Below are positions 12,621 to 24,889 of a stretch of 64,000 nucleotides of DNA, piece by piece. The translations under genes and the position numbers were made by a program. This DNA comes from Octopus sinensis (lineage: Eukaryota): NCBI RefSeq assembly GCF_006345805.1, contig NC_043001.1, positions 2,914,001 through 2,978,000 on the forward strand, read 5' to 3'. The notes under the pieces are model-generated. The model saw only the letters and a program-made list of their open reading frames with translations. It did not search any database and had not been told where the DNA came from. How positions within the stretch are numbered: the first letter of the stretch is position 1; every line of letters begins with the position of its first letter.

Positions 12621-13696
12621 TGAAGAGAGTTTTTGAACTGGTAAAGACAAAAGAGAAAAAGTCATTTCAAGATATTTGAAAGATGTTGGCTTTAGCCCTT
12701 AAAATTTATCCTGAAAAACTTCTTTTAATGAAGGTAATCCTTAAAGACAGATTACATCTTTTTTTGACCAAGTTCTGTAACAACAGTTCAGATTGGTTTT
12801 CAAAAGGTTTCCTGGGTGAAAAATCAGACTTTGAGACTTGCGGTGATAATCCGGGACATTATATTTTCAGGAATCATAAAACTTCCACTCTACAACTATT
12901 TCAACAATGGTAAAACTCTGAACTGATACAAGCCTGCATTTTCGTTTGCCATTTGCATTTCTGGAGAGAGAAACCTTTTCTCTTTAGCATAGATTGAGAA
13001 TCATAGGTTTATTACTTGTTCTTCAGTGGTATTTGGATTCTGAAATGTCTAATACATAGAGAAAAACAAAATTGGTTTTAAATATCTGTAATAATTATGG
13101 AATTAATTTTTCTTTGAAGGCACATTTAACATAAATGTTAAACAAAAACCTGATTTAATTTCATTATCCAAGTTGCAAATAAGGTCATTTATGCATAAAC
13201 TTTATCTTAAATATTGACAGAAATTTTTGTTGCGCTTCCATTTCAAGGAAAACATTGAAGTACACCTCTTGATATTTTAAGCCATTTCCACAACCTCCTA
13301 ATTGTAAAGGACAATTTCAAACAATCCTATCAATATAATCTCATAATTTACAATGTGGCAACAATAAATTACAATCTTAGAATTATTTGAATTATTTCCC
13401 AGAAAAAATTTCTTAAGAATTTCAACATTCTCTAACTGTTTTGCAAACTTCACAAATGTTAAAGAAGAACTTGTTGAAAATTATATTTTGGTTAGGACAG
13501 AGCCCAAGTGTGCATCTCAAATAAAATGGTTGGGTATGGAACAGGTTCAAATCTGGAAGAATATGCACAAGCCCTAATTAATTTTTGAGAATCTATGAAA
13601 CACAAAAAGGACCACTCTCAGAGAATTTTGGTACATGGAAGCACTTTGAAAGTTTGCCAATTAAACTGTATGATTTAAAGAGAACTAAAGGACATA

Positions 13697-14124
13697 CCAC
13701 TAAGGGTGGATGTTACTGTAGCTTGTAGCCCCAGGAGAACATCTCCAGCTGGCTATTGACACACTTTCTGTGCCCTATCGGTATTTGCAAAGGGAAGTCA
13801 TCCTTCCCTCATCAACCTAAGTGATACGCACGGACTGTAGTTTCTGGGTATGGACCCATCATCAGTGCATGACAGTCACCGGTGACGAAAAGCCACTGGA
13901 AAAAGGGTATAAATATTTGCATTGGGACCCTTCCATCGAAAACTGGTGACTGTCGGGCACTGATGACAGGTCAATACCCAGAAACTGCAGTCCGTGCGTA
14001 TCACTTAGGTTGTCGAGGGAAGGATGATCTTCCTTTGAAAATACCGATAGGGCACAGAAAGTGTGTCAGCTGGAGAAGATGTTCTCCTGGGGCTACAAGC
14101 TACAGTAACATCCACCCTTAGTGG
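13697..14124. mobile_element. Foldback/MITE-like palindromic element, arms about 190 bp
   Basis: ccactaagggtggatgttactgtagcttgtagccccaggagaacatc... and ...gatgttctcctggggctacaagctacagtaacatccacccttagtgg. Confidence 0.8.
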
Positions 14125-14338
14125 TTAACCATATTTAGATGGCAAATATACTTCACATTGTCGTGCAGTTACTGTCTATACCTCGTTCAGAGATTTATTA
14201 TTGCTTAAAGGACATACCATTCTACATTTTAGCATTTTCATTTAAGAACTTTTAATATGCAGTAAAATTATTATTGCAAATATTTTAAAATTACTGTGCC
14301 TCATTTTTGGGAACCAATGGTGTATGTATATGAATGCA

Positions 14339-14371
<33 letters not shown>

Positions 14372-14459
14372 ATGTATGTACATAATATATACATGTGGGT
14401 GCTGGCATAGCTGCATGGACAAGTAGTTTGCTTCACAATAGACTATGCAAATAAACACA

Positions 14460-14503
<44 letters not shown>

Positions 14504-14722
14504 ATATAAATGAGGCACAGTAATTTTAAAATGTTTGCAATAATAATTTTACTGCATATTAAAAGTTCTTAAAACAAAATGCTAAAATGTAGAATGGTAT
14601 GTCCTTTAAGCAATAATAAATCTCTGAACGAGGTATAGACAGTAACTGCACGACAATGTGAAGTATATTTGCCATCTAAATATGGTTAACCACTAAGGGT
14701 GGATGTTACTGTAGCTTGTAGC
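14092..14722. repeat. 215-bp near-perfect inverted repeat (14092-14306 and 14508-14722) around a microsatellite spacer
   Basis: Arms match base by base with few mismatches; each includes the terminal about 33 bp of the neighbouring foldback and a TTAA. Confidence 0.9.
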
Positions 14723-14778
14723 TTATATGAATAAAAAAATAAATGGAGTTGAACGAAGATGTTAATAAAATTCCTTTA

Positions 14779-14860
14779 CTTTCGACATATGTTTTGAAGA
14801 TAGCATGGTTTTATTCCAAAGGAATAAACGGTGGAAAATGCAATCTTCTCATCAGGAAAG
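14779..14860 (-). ncRNA. Type I hammerhead fold with extended stem II and G12A core change (probably inactive copy)
   Basis: Minus strand cuuuc-CUGAUGA-gaagau...(uuuauucc uuu ggaauaaa)...aucuuc-AAAAC(auau)GUC-gaaag. Confidence 0.7.
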
Positions 14861-15133
14861 AAAGAGAGCCTATCTCAACAAGACGTTATAACATTTACGA
14901 TGGCTGCCTACATGATAAACAGAACGTTATTAAATATTTAAAAAGACCATTAGTAGATTTGACGTCAAAGGCAGATAGAAGGAAGAGAAGGGTTAAAGGG
15001 ATAGTAATTAGGGAACAAATAGAGAGGGAGGGATACGTTGATTAAAAGAATGTTCAAAGGCTTAGGAAAAAATTCCTCTATTGAAGTGAAGTGCAAGGTA
15101 AACTAATTGTTCAAACTATAATGACTGGCAAAA

Positions 15134-15621
15134 TTACTTATATGAGTAAAATGTATGTTTCTGCCAGAGTTTACATCTGTACGATCTCTCTATGACTGTG
15201 TTTACAAGGAGATTCTTGGAGAAGAGAATATGGAAGAGTTCAGAGTTGCAAATGTTACAAAATCTCCTGCCCTTATCGAAAGGAAAGGATACAGACAGTA
15301 TGAACCAATCTAACTTAAAATCTATATTGTTGTCTTTAATACGCCAAACTAATTTACTTAGCCCTGTACTATGTCGTTTTTTGCTATACCTAAATGATGA
15401 ATAATGATTTGAAATTCTCTTGGATAACTGGGAAGTGGACGTGCCTATATAGAAGAAGACATCGGTACCGGAAAAAATTTTACACTGGTATATAGAATTC
15501 TTGATCTTAGAGTTATTAGACAAAAATTTAATTCTGTTGGGGTTGTCCTCAGAGATAGAAACCAAGTTTTTATTGCTACGATTATTATTATTATTATTAT
15601 TATTACTATTATTGTTAATAC

Positions 15622-15687
<66 letters not shown>

Positions 15688-16320
15688 TATTATTATAATT
15701 GTATGAGATGTTGGAATTAACAAGATTAATGTTGGAACTCCCGATAAAGAACCTTTATTTAGCAGATTGGTATTTTGAGAAAATATAATTTGTGAGAGAT
15801 TCTTAGTGTTGGAGAAAGCGATTCTAACTTTGATGGGGTTGATAATAGAATAATATCTAGAAATTTTTGGAAAGTTCCTAGCAACCACTTCACAGAACTG
15901 CAAAGGAAGGTTCGATTTAATTTGTTTTCCAAATGGGATTATGAACCAGATACTGTTCCTAGTGACTTTTGAATTGTACGTGGTATTTTTTATAAAGGTA
16001 GCGGAAAAATTTCTTGGTTGGAAATTTAAGGTTAAATGACGCTTACCTCCCCTGGTCCGGGAAGAATTTATATTATGTATTGGGCTGCTTACACTATTAG
16101 AATTAAAATCACTCTTACTATTACAACTAGATATTTTGTCTGGAGCAGCAGCTATAGGACTAGAATGAGCAGAATCAATGTATGACACTTCCTCTTTATA
16201 GCCATCCTTCAAAGTTGGCTTCTTCCAAGCAACAATCAAAATGTTTTCATATAAAAATAGTAGAATTCTTAAAATAGATTTCTGAAGAAAACGGAATGAA
16301 GGGAGGAAGCAGTGAGTCAC
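15134..16320 (-). pseudogene. PLE GIY-YIG endonuclease ORF, split by one frameshift near 15740, with poly-Asn expansion
   Basis: LKDGYKEEVSY (thumb end), NSIWFIIPFGKQIKSNL...IAFSNTKNLSQII (linker), SIYQC...YIGTST...RISNHYSSF...STGLSKLVW...FCNICNSE...RCKLWQKH. Confidence 0.8.
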
Positions 16321-17144
16321 CTGTGCCTATCGAAAGTGTTTCAGAAACACTCAGGAAACAGTTGCATTTGAAACTGGAGTCAGAATTCCTTCACAAAACC
16401 AACTTCCATCAACTCATTCCATAAAATTCAATTACAAGAATCCCTTCCTTCTTTCTTGCTTTTTGAGTTCCTTTTCCATTTTTTGTCAACATCGTTGCTG
16501 TTACATTCATCATCATTCTCATCATCATCATCGTCATAATCTTGCTTCTACTTCTGGTTCTCCTCCATCTTCTCTTCCTCATCATCATTGCAGTTATTGT
16601 TGCTGTCTTTGTCTTCATCATCATCATCATCATCATTATCCTCATCAGCATCACTACTACCGACACCCCACATTCATACTTCATCTCCTCAACCAAGCAT
16701 CAATCTAATGAATAAACTTCTACATAATTGACCTGCCAGGTACAATTGCTGTAACTCAACCTCCAGATTCCACCCCGTCATTTTAAATAGCAAATAAAGT
16801 ACATTTGTACATAAGTCGCCAGGAAAGAATTCCACTCAAATGGTGACAATTGAAAAGAATGAGGAATTTGTCTGCAAGATTTTTATATCTCTTCTGTGAA
16901 ATTGCAAACATTTCCTAGAACAAATTGCTTGCAAATTCCTCAAGCATGATCCGTGTTGTTTAAAGTTTTAAATTTTTGGACATTTTGTTTGCAACATACC
17001 AATTGAATCTTAACAAAATCTTGCAGGGCAGAGAAGAGGTAGGGGCAGTTGGAGTAAACTTACAGTTTTGATGGATCTATTTTCCTTTGTTAGAGGCAAA
17101 CAAGGATCTTTAGGTAAAGGATTTGCCTTTTATAGGGACACAAA

Positions 17145-17680
17145 ACTCTACTTGTGAAGACGTGTTGAGGCAAGTGAGGATCAGAATCGAAATCGATCAA
17201 TGGAAATTGCGGATGTGCTACCAGTGCCGGTGGCATGTCAAAACTCTGCTTGTGAAGACCCGTTGAGGCAAGTGAGGATCAGAATCGAAATCGATCAATG
17301 GAAATCGATCAATGGAAATTGCAGATGTGTTACCAGTGCTGGTGGCATGTAAGAGAACTTTCCGTTTCGCGACCGTTGCCAGCACCGCCCCGTTTCGTGT
17401 CCGTTGCCAGCCTCGCCTGGCCCTCGTGCCGGTGGCACATAAAAAGCACCATCCGTTCGTGGCCGTTTGCCAGCTCTGTCTGGCACCAGTGCGGGTGGCA
17501 CGTAAAAAGCACCCACTACACTCACGGAGTGGTTGGCGTTAGGAAGGGCATCCAGCCGTAGAAACACTGCCAGATTTGACTGGGCCTGATGCAGCCTTCT
17601 GGCTTCACAGACCCCAGTAGAACCGTCCAACCCATGCTAGCATGGAAAACGGACGCTAAACGATGATGATGATGATGATG
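17145..17680 (+). mobile_element. SINE family A, long copy with an internal tandem duplication of about 97 bp
   Basis: aaaactct.cttgtgaagac..gttgaggcaagtgaggatcagaatcg occurs twice, then the standard body and (GAT)n tail. Confidence 0.8.
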
Positions 17681-19550
17681 AATCCTCTTCCTCATAATCA
17701 TTTAAATTCTATGTTTAATGCAGGCATAGGTTAGAGGAGTTTGAGAGAATCTGATGGCTTCAAGAAGTGCATCTGGCATCTACGGTTGGATGTTCTGCTT
17801 AATGCCAACCACTTTACAGCACATATTTGGGTGCATTTTTCATGCCATCAGCACAAGTCTGCATTTCCGTGCAGCTTTCAAAACTACAAACCACGTCAGA
17901 GGCAAGTTTATACTTGAAGATGAGTGGGTTAAAATGTAAGAGAAGGGGCTGGTTGGCTTGAGGCTGGGGTCATTCCAAGTTAGTGGTCCCAGGGACGTCA
18001 ACATGAATAGAGCTGACAAGGTCCACCAGTGCTGACCACTGCTGGCAGTCCCATACCAGCCCCTTTGCATCCTTCAAAATGATGTCAAGCCTCTAGAGAT
18101 CTTCCCCAATCACAAATTATTCCATGCTCATCCTCCATTTCGTAGATAAAGAAATCTCCCCGACACAATTCATTTCCCTTGTGAGAATGAAGAGGATGTT
18201 GAGGTAGATGAGGAAGCTGAGTTAAGGGATGGTGTGGTTCAAAATAACATGGTAAGTTGTACATTTTATATTTTCATGGTTTTACCTGCTGGTTCATTAA
18301 TAACCTCTCAGCCCCTCTCTAACTGCTCTGTCTACTTCCATGTGGCTATTTCTTCCTTCATTCTTCACATACGTATGGTTCCATATCCCCCACACACCAA
18401 AGAAACCCCACACTCATCATTGTGTACTTGTCTCGGTACTCATAACCTCAGATTCGGTTTCTTTTGAATGTAGAGTTATTAAAAATATTTAAGAGCATCA
18501 ACCTGATATTCAGTTGAAAAGATTATTTGAGTAAGGTCCCAGCAGGAACCTCAGAAAGTAACATGGTGCATGTATACTGTGGCTTACTACTTCTGTTTTA
18601 CTGGTAAAATAAGGCAAGTCAACCAATGGCAGTTGGACATCATACGCATAAACAATTTGCAAAACTTGATCCTATTTGTATGTTGTCACTGTTTGTCCCA
18701 AAATAGCCTGGACACTGAAATTGAATTTGTGCACCATATGTCATTTAATTATGGGATATCTTTGTGGGATCTTTATATTTGCCAACCCAAATTTATCACT
18801 CTGTCATTAAAACAAAATGAAAGTGTTCTACTTAAGCCAGTTGTCTGAATTCATATTTTTAATGTTTCCACATCAGTGTTGGCATGGAAACATTGCTGCA
18901 CATTAGTCCACTAGAGGAAATAAATTGGGCGATATTTAAACAAAATGATTTGAGAACCTAAGTAGTATAAATAGTCTTGTTTTATGAAAAGGATGTCCTT
19001 GGAAACCCTTGAATTTTTTGTGGAGTGGTCATGATGGTCCTTGAATCTAGCTTGAAAATACCTTTAAAAATCTTTGAAAACTCTTGAATTTTCTTTTTAA
19101 AAACCTGCAAGAACCTTGTTAATTGTTTTTGATGTTTGACAAAAAGGCTTTTATTCTACATTTTACTTTATATTTAAGCATATTTTTTTCCTTTGCTCTC
19201 TGTGTATTGAAAACGACTGCAATTTCTAAGTTTGATTTGCAATCATTGGACTGAAAATGGCCCTGGGCTGGGCATATGGTGATATTAATATACTCTTTCA
19301 GTACTGTGGGTTGGTGGGGGGAGTGGTTGTACTAGCTTTGGTAGGTTCTCACATAAAACAGTTGTGAACATTTATGAATGTGAAGCTTTCAGTTTGTATC
19401 TGTCTTCAACTGTAGAATTAGGCAAATCCATGTAATTTATGCTGGTAAATTTATGCCTTTGTGAATAAAACATGAGTAAAATGGATGTGATTGCATTTGT
19501 TATTCTAACATTGAGGAGTACTTTTAAGTAACATAATTTATTAATTTCAG

Positions 19551-19735
19551 GGGCTGTTCGCAAGACTATGAAAAATGCAACAGAAGCAGGGGTTGAGTTG
19601 GTGACTCAAGAATGGTTTTGGACTGCCAGTGATAGAAACGGTGGCAGAAGGAGAAGAGAAAAAAAGAATTTCGACAAGTCTGCTCTAGACAAGGAATTTG
19701 CCACAGATCTCAGGTCTGCACAAACTGAAAACTAA
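19551..19735 (+). CDS. Candidate terminal exon, C-terminus resembling DUF4806-type transposon-associated proteins
   Basis: Acceptor ttaatttcag| then AVRKTMKNATEAGVELVTQEWFWTASDRNGGRRRREKK...TEN*; W..A.DR.GGR..R motif recalled from memory, not searched. Confidence 0.5.
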
Positions 19736-19946
19736 GATAACACAGGTTACAGGTGACCTCAATTTTTCAAGGTAATCCCTTTTAGCAATGCACTGGTAAC
19801 AATAGACTGAATAACTTTGCATACATGGCTTGGCCTTCCATTCAAATTACTCATTCACAAGGTTTATAAGTAATACTCCTATTTGCGGTTTCAAATACAA
19901 TTTCATTGATGATATCTCTCACATTTAATGTGATTTCCCTGTAATA

Positions 19947-20253
19947 CAATTGAATATTTAAGAAATGAGGAATTGTTTACATTATTTACTTTATTTACAT
20001 GTGACGGATATTTGTCCTTATCTTGTTTGTTGGTAACACAACGTTTCGGCTGATACACCTTCAAGCCTTCATCAGGTGTCTTGGGGAAATTTTGAACCTG
20101 GGTTCTCATTCCTAAGGTATTTTTCGATGTTATTATTATCATTGTTGTTATTGTTGTTGTTGCTATTATTATTATTATTATTATTCAGTTCACTGCCTGG
20201 AATCGAACTCAGAATGATGGGGTTAGTAACCCACGATCTTAACCACTATGCCA
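19947..20253 (-). mobile_element. tRNA-headed, hammerhead-bearing SINE-like element, copy 1
   Basis: Reverse strand tggcatagtggttaag...gagttcgattccaggc, (AAT)n, HHR at 20035-20080, 3' tail ...gtaaataatgtaaacaattcctc. Confidence 0.8.
20035..20080 (-). ncRNA. Minimal type I hammerhead (stem III with no loop)
   Basis: gacac-CUGAUGA-A-ggcu...agcc-GAAAC-GUU-guguu. Confidence 0.75.
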
Positions 20254-20261
20254 CAGGCTTA

Positions 20262-20495
20262 TGGCATAGTGGTTAAGAGCACGGGCTAGTAGCCCCAAGA
20301 TTCCAAGTTCGATTCCAGGCAATGAACTGAATAATAATAATAATAACACCAAAAAATACCTTAAGAATGAGAACCCAGGATTGAAATTTCTCCAAGACAC
20401 CTGATGAAGGCTGGAGAGTATATCAGCTGAAACGTTGTGTTAACAACAATCAAGATGAGGACAAATATCCATCAAACGTAAATAATGTAGATAAT
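20262..20495 (+). mobile_element. tRNA-headed, hammerhead-bearing SINE-like element, copy 2 (head-to-head with copy 1)
   Basis: A-box tggcatagtgg 20262-20272, B-box agttcgattcc, (AAT)n, HHR 20396-20441. Confidence 0.8.
20396..20441 (+). ncRNA. Minimal type I hammerhead (stem III with no loop)
   Basis: gacac-CUGAUGA-A-ggcug(gagaguauau)cagcu-GAAAC-GUU-guguu. Confidence 0.75.
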
Positions 20496-20564
20496 GTGTT
20501 TTCCCTATTTCTGCACATTCTAACTATATTTATTTTTAACAAATCTCCCAGATTTCATCATCAT

Positions 20565-20855
20565 TATCATCATCATCATCGTTTAGCGTCCGTTTTCCAT
20601 GCAAGCATGGGTTGGACGGTTCTACTGGGGTCTGTGAAGCCAGAAGGCTTCATCAGGCCCAGTCAAATCTGGCAGGGTTTCTACGGCCGGATGCCCTTCC
20701 TAATGCCAACCACTCCATGAGTGTAGTGGGTGCATTTTACGTGCCACCCGCACAGATGCCAGACAGAGCTGGCAAACGGCCATGAACGGATGGTGCTTTT
20801 TATGTGCCACCGGCACGAGGGCCAGGCGAGGCTGGCAACGGACACGAAACGGGGC
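20565..20855 (-). mobile_element. SINE family A
   Basis: catcatcatcgtttagcgtccgttttccatgcaagcatggg...gatgcccttcctaatgccaaccactcc. Confidence 0.8.
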
Positions 20856-21799
20856 GCAAATCCTGAAATTCCATTACTCCTTATTTACTGGTCTTTATGT
20901 GCAGAGAAAAATGATTGTTTAACTTTGTCAGAAATAGCCACAGCTGTATACCTGACCTTAACACCAACTGAATAAATATCTTAGCTTTACAGTGTATATT
21001 TGGCCAGTATGTTTTGTCTTCATTTTTATTACATTTTAAATGTTGTGATTTTCTTATGTTATGTTGTAAATAGCAATTTTACAAAGTTGTATTTTATAAA
21101 ATAATGTTTGCAAAAAAACTGAATTGCTCATTTTTGAAATATTTTTCTGGTGGTTTCCACATGGTTTTTCAGATATTCCAATACACATGCCGTCTAAACT
21201 CATGCTCTTTAAAACTTACATCTTCAAAATAAATTTCATATTGTTTCTGTTTAGCAGTGGGTGGTCATCATTGGCTGTAAATTGAAACAATATTACATCT
21301 TTACTTTTAAATGATGGGTGGGTGATGCTGGAATCTGAGCAATTCATGCCAGGGATCTGCTGTAATGCTATGGAGAACATAAAGTGTGGCCAATGTCGAA
21401 CCTGTATAAATGTTTAATCATAAATTAGTTGGCCCATCCTTGAATGTATTTCAGAACCAGATCAGGCATTTGGCAAAATTAGCTCAGGCCGATATTGAGA
21501 CTTCTGAAGTTGAACAACCATACATCAGCCCAACCTCATTTTCATATAGGACCAATGCCAACCCAATGTAAGAGGCCAAAATCTCACATTGGCTCAACCT
21601 CAAATGCATATTGGCCCAACTTCTGGGAATATGTCGGCTTGATGTTGCATCATGTTGCAAAATGAGTTTAGGCCAAAATCAAACAGACACAATTTCTGGT
21701 GCAGTGCCAATATAGGTTACAAGATTGGTTTGATATCAGCCCGATATGGTTTTGCTGGGTGGATACATATATATATATAGACACACACACATGTAAAAA

Positions 21800-21965
21800 C
21801 ATCAGGCTTCTTTCAGTTTTCATCTGCCAAATCCACTCACAAGGCTTTGGTCAGCCCGAGGCTATAGTAGAAGACACTTGTCCAAGGTGCCACACAGTGG
21901 GACTGAACCCAGCACTTGTGGTTGGGGTGCGAGCTTCTTACCACACAACCACACCTGCACCTATA
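21800..21965 (-). mobile_element. SINE family C
   Basis: ccaaatccactcacaaggctttggtcagcccgaggctatagtagaagacacttgtccaaggtgccac...gggactgaaccc. Confidence 0.75.
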
Positions 21966-23939
21966 TATATATATGCGCATGCATATATGTATGTGTATAT
22001 ATATATATATATTATATATATATATATATATAGATATATATACATAAATACATACATATATTTATATATATATATATATATCTGTAAAATAATATGTGAC
22101 AATTATTCGGTAGCCAAGATAAAACTCTGAGTTTTATCTTGGTAGTTTTATCTTGATGATGGTAGTGGTGGTGGTAATGCTGCTGCTGCTGATGATGATG
22201 ATAATGATGATAATGATGATAGTGGTGGTGGTGGTGGTGGTGGTGGTGATGATGATGATGAAGATGATGATGATGAGGATGATGATGATGATGATGATGA
22301 TAATGATGATAGTGGTGGTGGTGGTGGTAGTAATGCTGCTGCTGCTGATGATGATGATAATGATGGTGGTGCTGGTGATGATGATGATGATGATGATACA
22401 GATTGACAGTGACATCATGGAATCTGTTATGAATATGTCTGTGTGTTTGTGTGTGAATGAGAATCAATGTTCCTGTTCTATGCGCGTCCCCCACTCCAGT
22501 GAAGCAGAGATAATGTTGGCATGACGACTGCTGGTTCTGTGATGGAAAGTTCTGAGGAATAAGGAAATTTATTGTTACGCTCGTTGATGGTCAATTTCTT
22601 TCTTCTTTTCCCCACCAAATACAAAAACTTAATAAGGAAATTCTTTATTTGAAAAGCAATTAAATGCAAGGGTTGGTGACAGGAAAAGCATGTCTCTGTG
22701 AAGCCCCCTTCTGAACCCTTCCTCTTCGAACCCATGGGAGCATCAGAGAACGGACATTTGATGAACAACTGAATGTCTTTGGTAAATGTCGACACAGCTG
22801 CCTCTAAACATGGATCCTCAACAGTTGCATGGCACCAGTCTTTCTCTGCTTCATCAGGTTACAATTGGGAAGAAGACTGAAGGCTTAAAACAAAGACAAA
22901 ACCAGGACAAAGCTGTTTAGAAAAATGTTCCTGGGGATTGCATTTTTAGCGATTCTTTTGGTACCAACCTATTTGAGACTCACCCTGGTTCTTTGATATA
23001 AAATATCCATTTCAAGAGATCAATATAAAAAATTTTCCATTAAAATTTTATGTTAATTTATATTTCAAACATTATTTTCTTTATGGTAAAATGATTTTAT
23101 ATTTTACTCTAGTTTCGAAATTACCTGATAAAAGGTTAGTGTTTTTAACAGGTATATAGCTGCAAAACTGCTAATAACTATTGGTTTTCTTGTAATCATT
23201 ATTTTCAATTCAACTTTTTTGAGTCAAACACAAATGCTAGTGAGACGTGTCTACCATCTTAAAATATTATTAGAGGAAAATATATTTAGGATAAGTTATA
23301 ATTTTGATATACAAACTTTCAGCTATTAAGAATCTGAGAAAACATTGGAACCATTCCAAACAGTCAACTACAATGCTATAAATCACTCTATGATGCAAGA
23401 GTGTATATAAAAAGTATTCTTTATAAATAAAGTTTGAAATAGCTCAAGGCTGCTGTCCTCTTATATACTCTCATAAAACTAGTTACAACAACCAAAGACA
23501 AAAATTTAATGATAAAACAACAACAAAATCACCCAACGGCAACAACAAATACAACATATGAAACATTTTGTTGTGGAACAAATATATATATTCAATATAC
23601 ATAGGAAAAAAAATATATTCAAAGTATAAAGTGACATTAATTGTTCTAGAACAATCATCATTTGTTATTTTGGACATTGTAAAAATCATGAAATCAACTT
23701 CTATACATTTGTTGGTTTCTTTGTCTCTTGTTTTCTGTTTTCATTTTTGCATTTGTTTTGTTTATTTGAGAATTGAACAGAATCCAACATTTCTCTGACA
23801 CAGCAACATTTTACAGGTGAACATAGAAGGTGTAATTAATTGAGTGGAGACAGAAAGACTCGGGGGTCATTGCTTTCTATTTGTCACTACCAAAGTCTGC
23901 TGCAAATGAGAGCTCATTCATTTAGTCCCCCCCGAATGG

Positions 23940-24525
23940 TTCAGGTGTGGCTGTGTGGTGAAGGAGCTGGCTTCCCAACCTTGTCATTTCCGTTTCGCTC
24001 CCGTTTTGTGACACCTTCAGCAAGTGTCTCCTACTATAACCGCAGGCTGACAATGGATGGATTTGGTGGAGGGAAACTGAAAGGGGACATGTCATGTGTG
24101 TGTGTGTGTGCAGGTATACTCTTTTACTCTTTTACTTGTTTCAGTCATTTGAATGCGGCCATGCTGGAGCAACACCTTTAGTCGAGCGACTCGACCCCAG
24201 GACTTATGCTTTGTAAGCCTAGTACTTATTCTATCGGTTTCTTTTGCCAAACCGTTAAATTACGGGGATGTAAACACACCAGCATCGGTTTTCAAGTGAT
24301 GTTGGGGTGACAAACACAGACACACAAGCATATACACACATATATATATACATATACGACGGGCTTCTTTCAGTTTCTGTCTACGCAATCCACTCACAAG
24401 GCTTTGGTCAGCCCAAGGCTATAGTAGAAGACACTTGCCTAAGGTGCCACACAGTGGGACTGAACCCGGAACCATGTGGTTGGTAAGAAAACTACTTACC
24501 ACACAGCCAGTCCTGCGCCTATATG
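23940..24525. mobile_element. Two SINE family C copies in opposite orientation (degenerate plus copy, fuller minus copy 24120-24525)
   Basis: Plus ggtgtggctgtgtggtgaagg...; minus copy spans tcagtcatttgaatgcggccatgctggagc to ccacacagccagtcctgcgcc. Confidence 0.7.
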
Positions 24526-24889
24526 GTATGTAGCTTTCTTTGAGTTTTGTTCAAGTTCTTCTTAAGAGAGTTCAAACCAATTCCTCACTAAACAACAAGA
24601 CGTTTTGAGTTAAGAAAGTTCTCAGTGTTTGTAAATATGCAGATGAGTTGACGTGTTGGTTGAACTGTTGATGCATACACCCAAGTGTATTCATCTATCC
24701 ATCTAAAGAATCTCAGTGGGGAAAATATTTGGAATATCTTACAGATCTTCATTGTGCCACTAATAGAATGGATTTGGTGAATCTGCATCAGTTTCTTTTT
24801 CTTTTTCTTTGAAGAACCTAATATTTCTAAGATTTTTTTGTCTTCATTACTTTATGTGCGTCTGAAATCTGTGTTATTTATTATAGACA

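Larger units (their letters stand above)
14723..16400 (-). mobile_element. Penelope-like element 2: thumb end plus linker plus GIY-YIG, no RT core, HHR in 3' UTR
   Basis: ORFs 15685-16320 and 15134-15688, HHR fold 14779-14860; 5' boundary uncertain. Confidence 0.7.

Noticed and set aside
18150-18257. Acidic frame ENEEDVEVDEEAELRDGVVQNNM ending at gtaagt
   Set aside because: In-frame stop just upstream and no convincing acceptor
22478-22870. 105-aa minus-strand ORF and a CTGATGA...GAAA motif near 22850
   Set aside because: No recognisable family or splice context; the motif lacks a paired stem II
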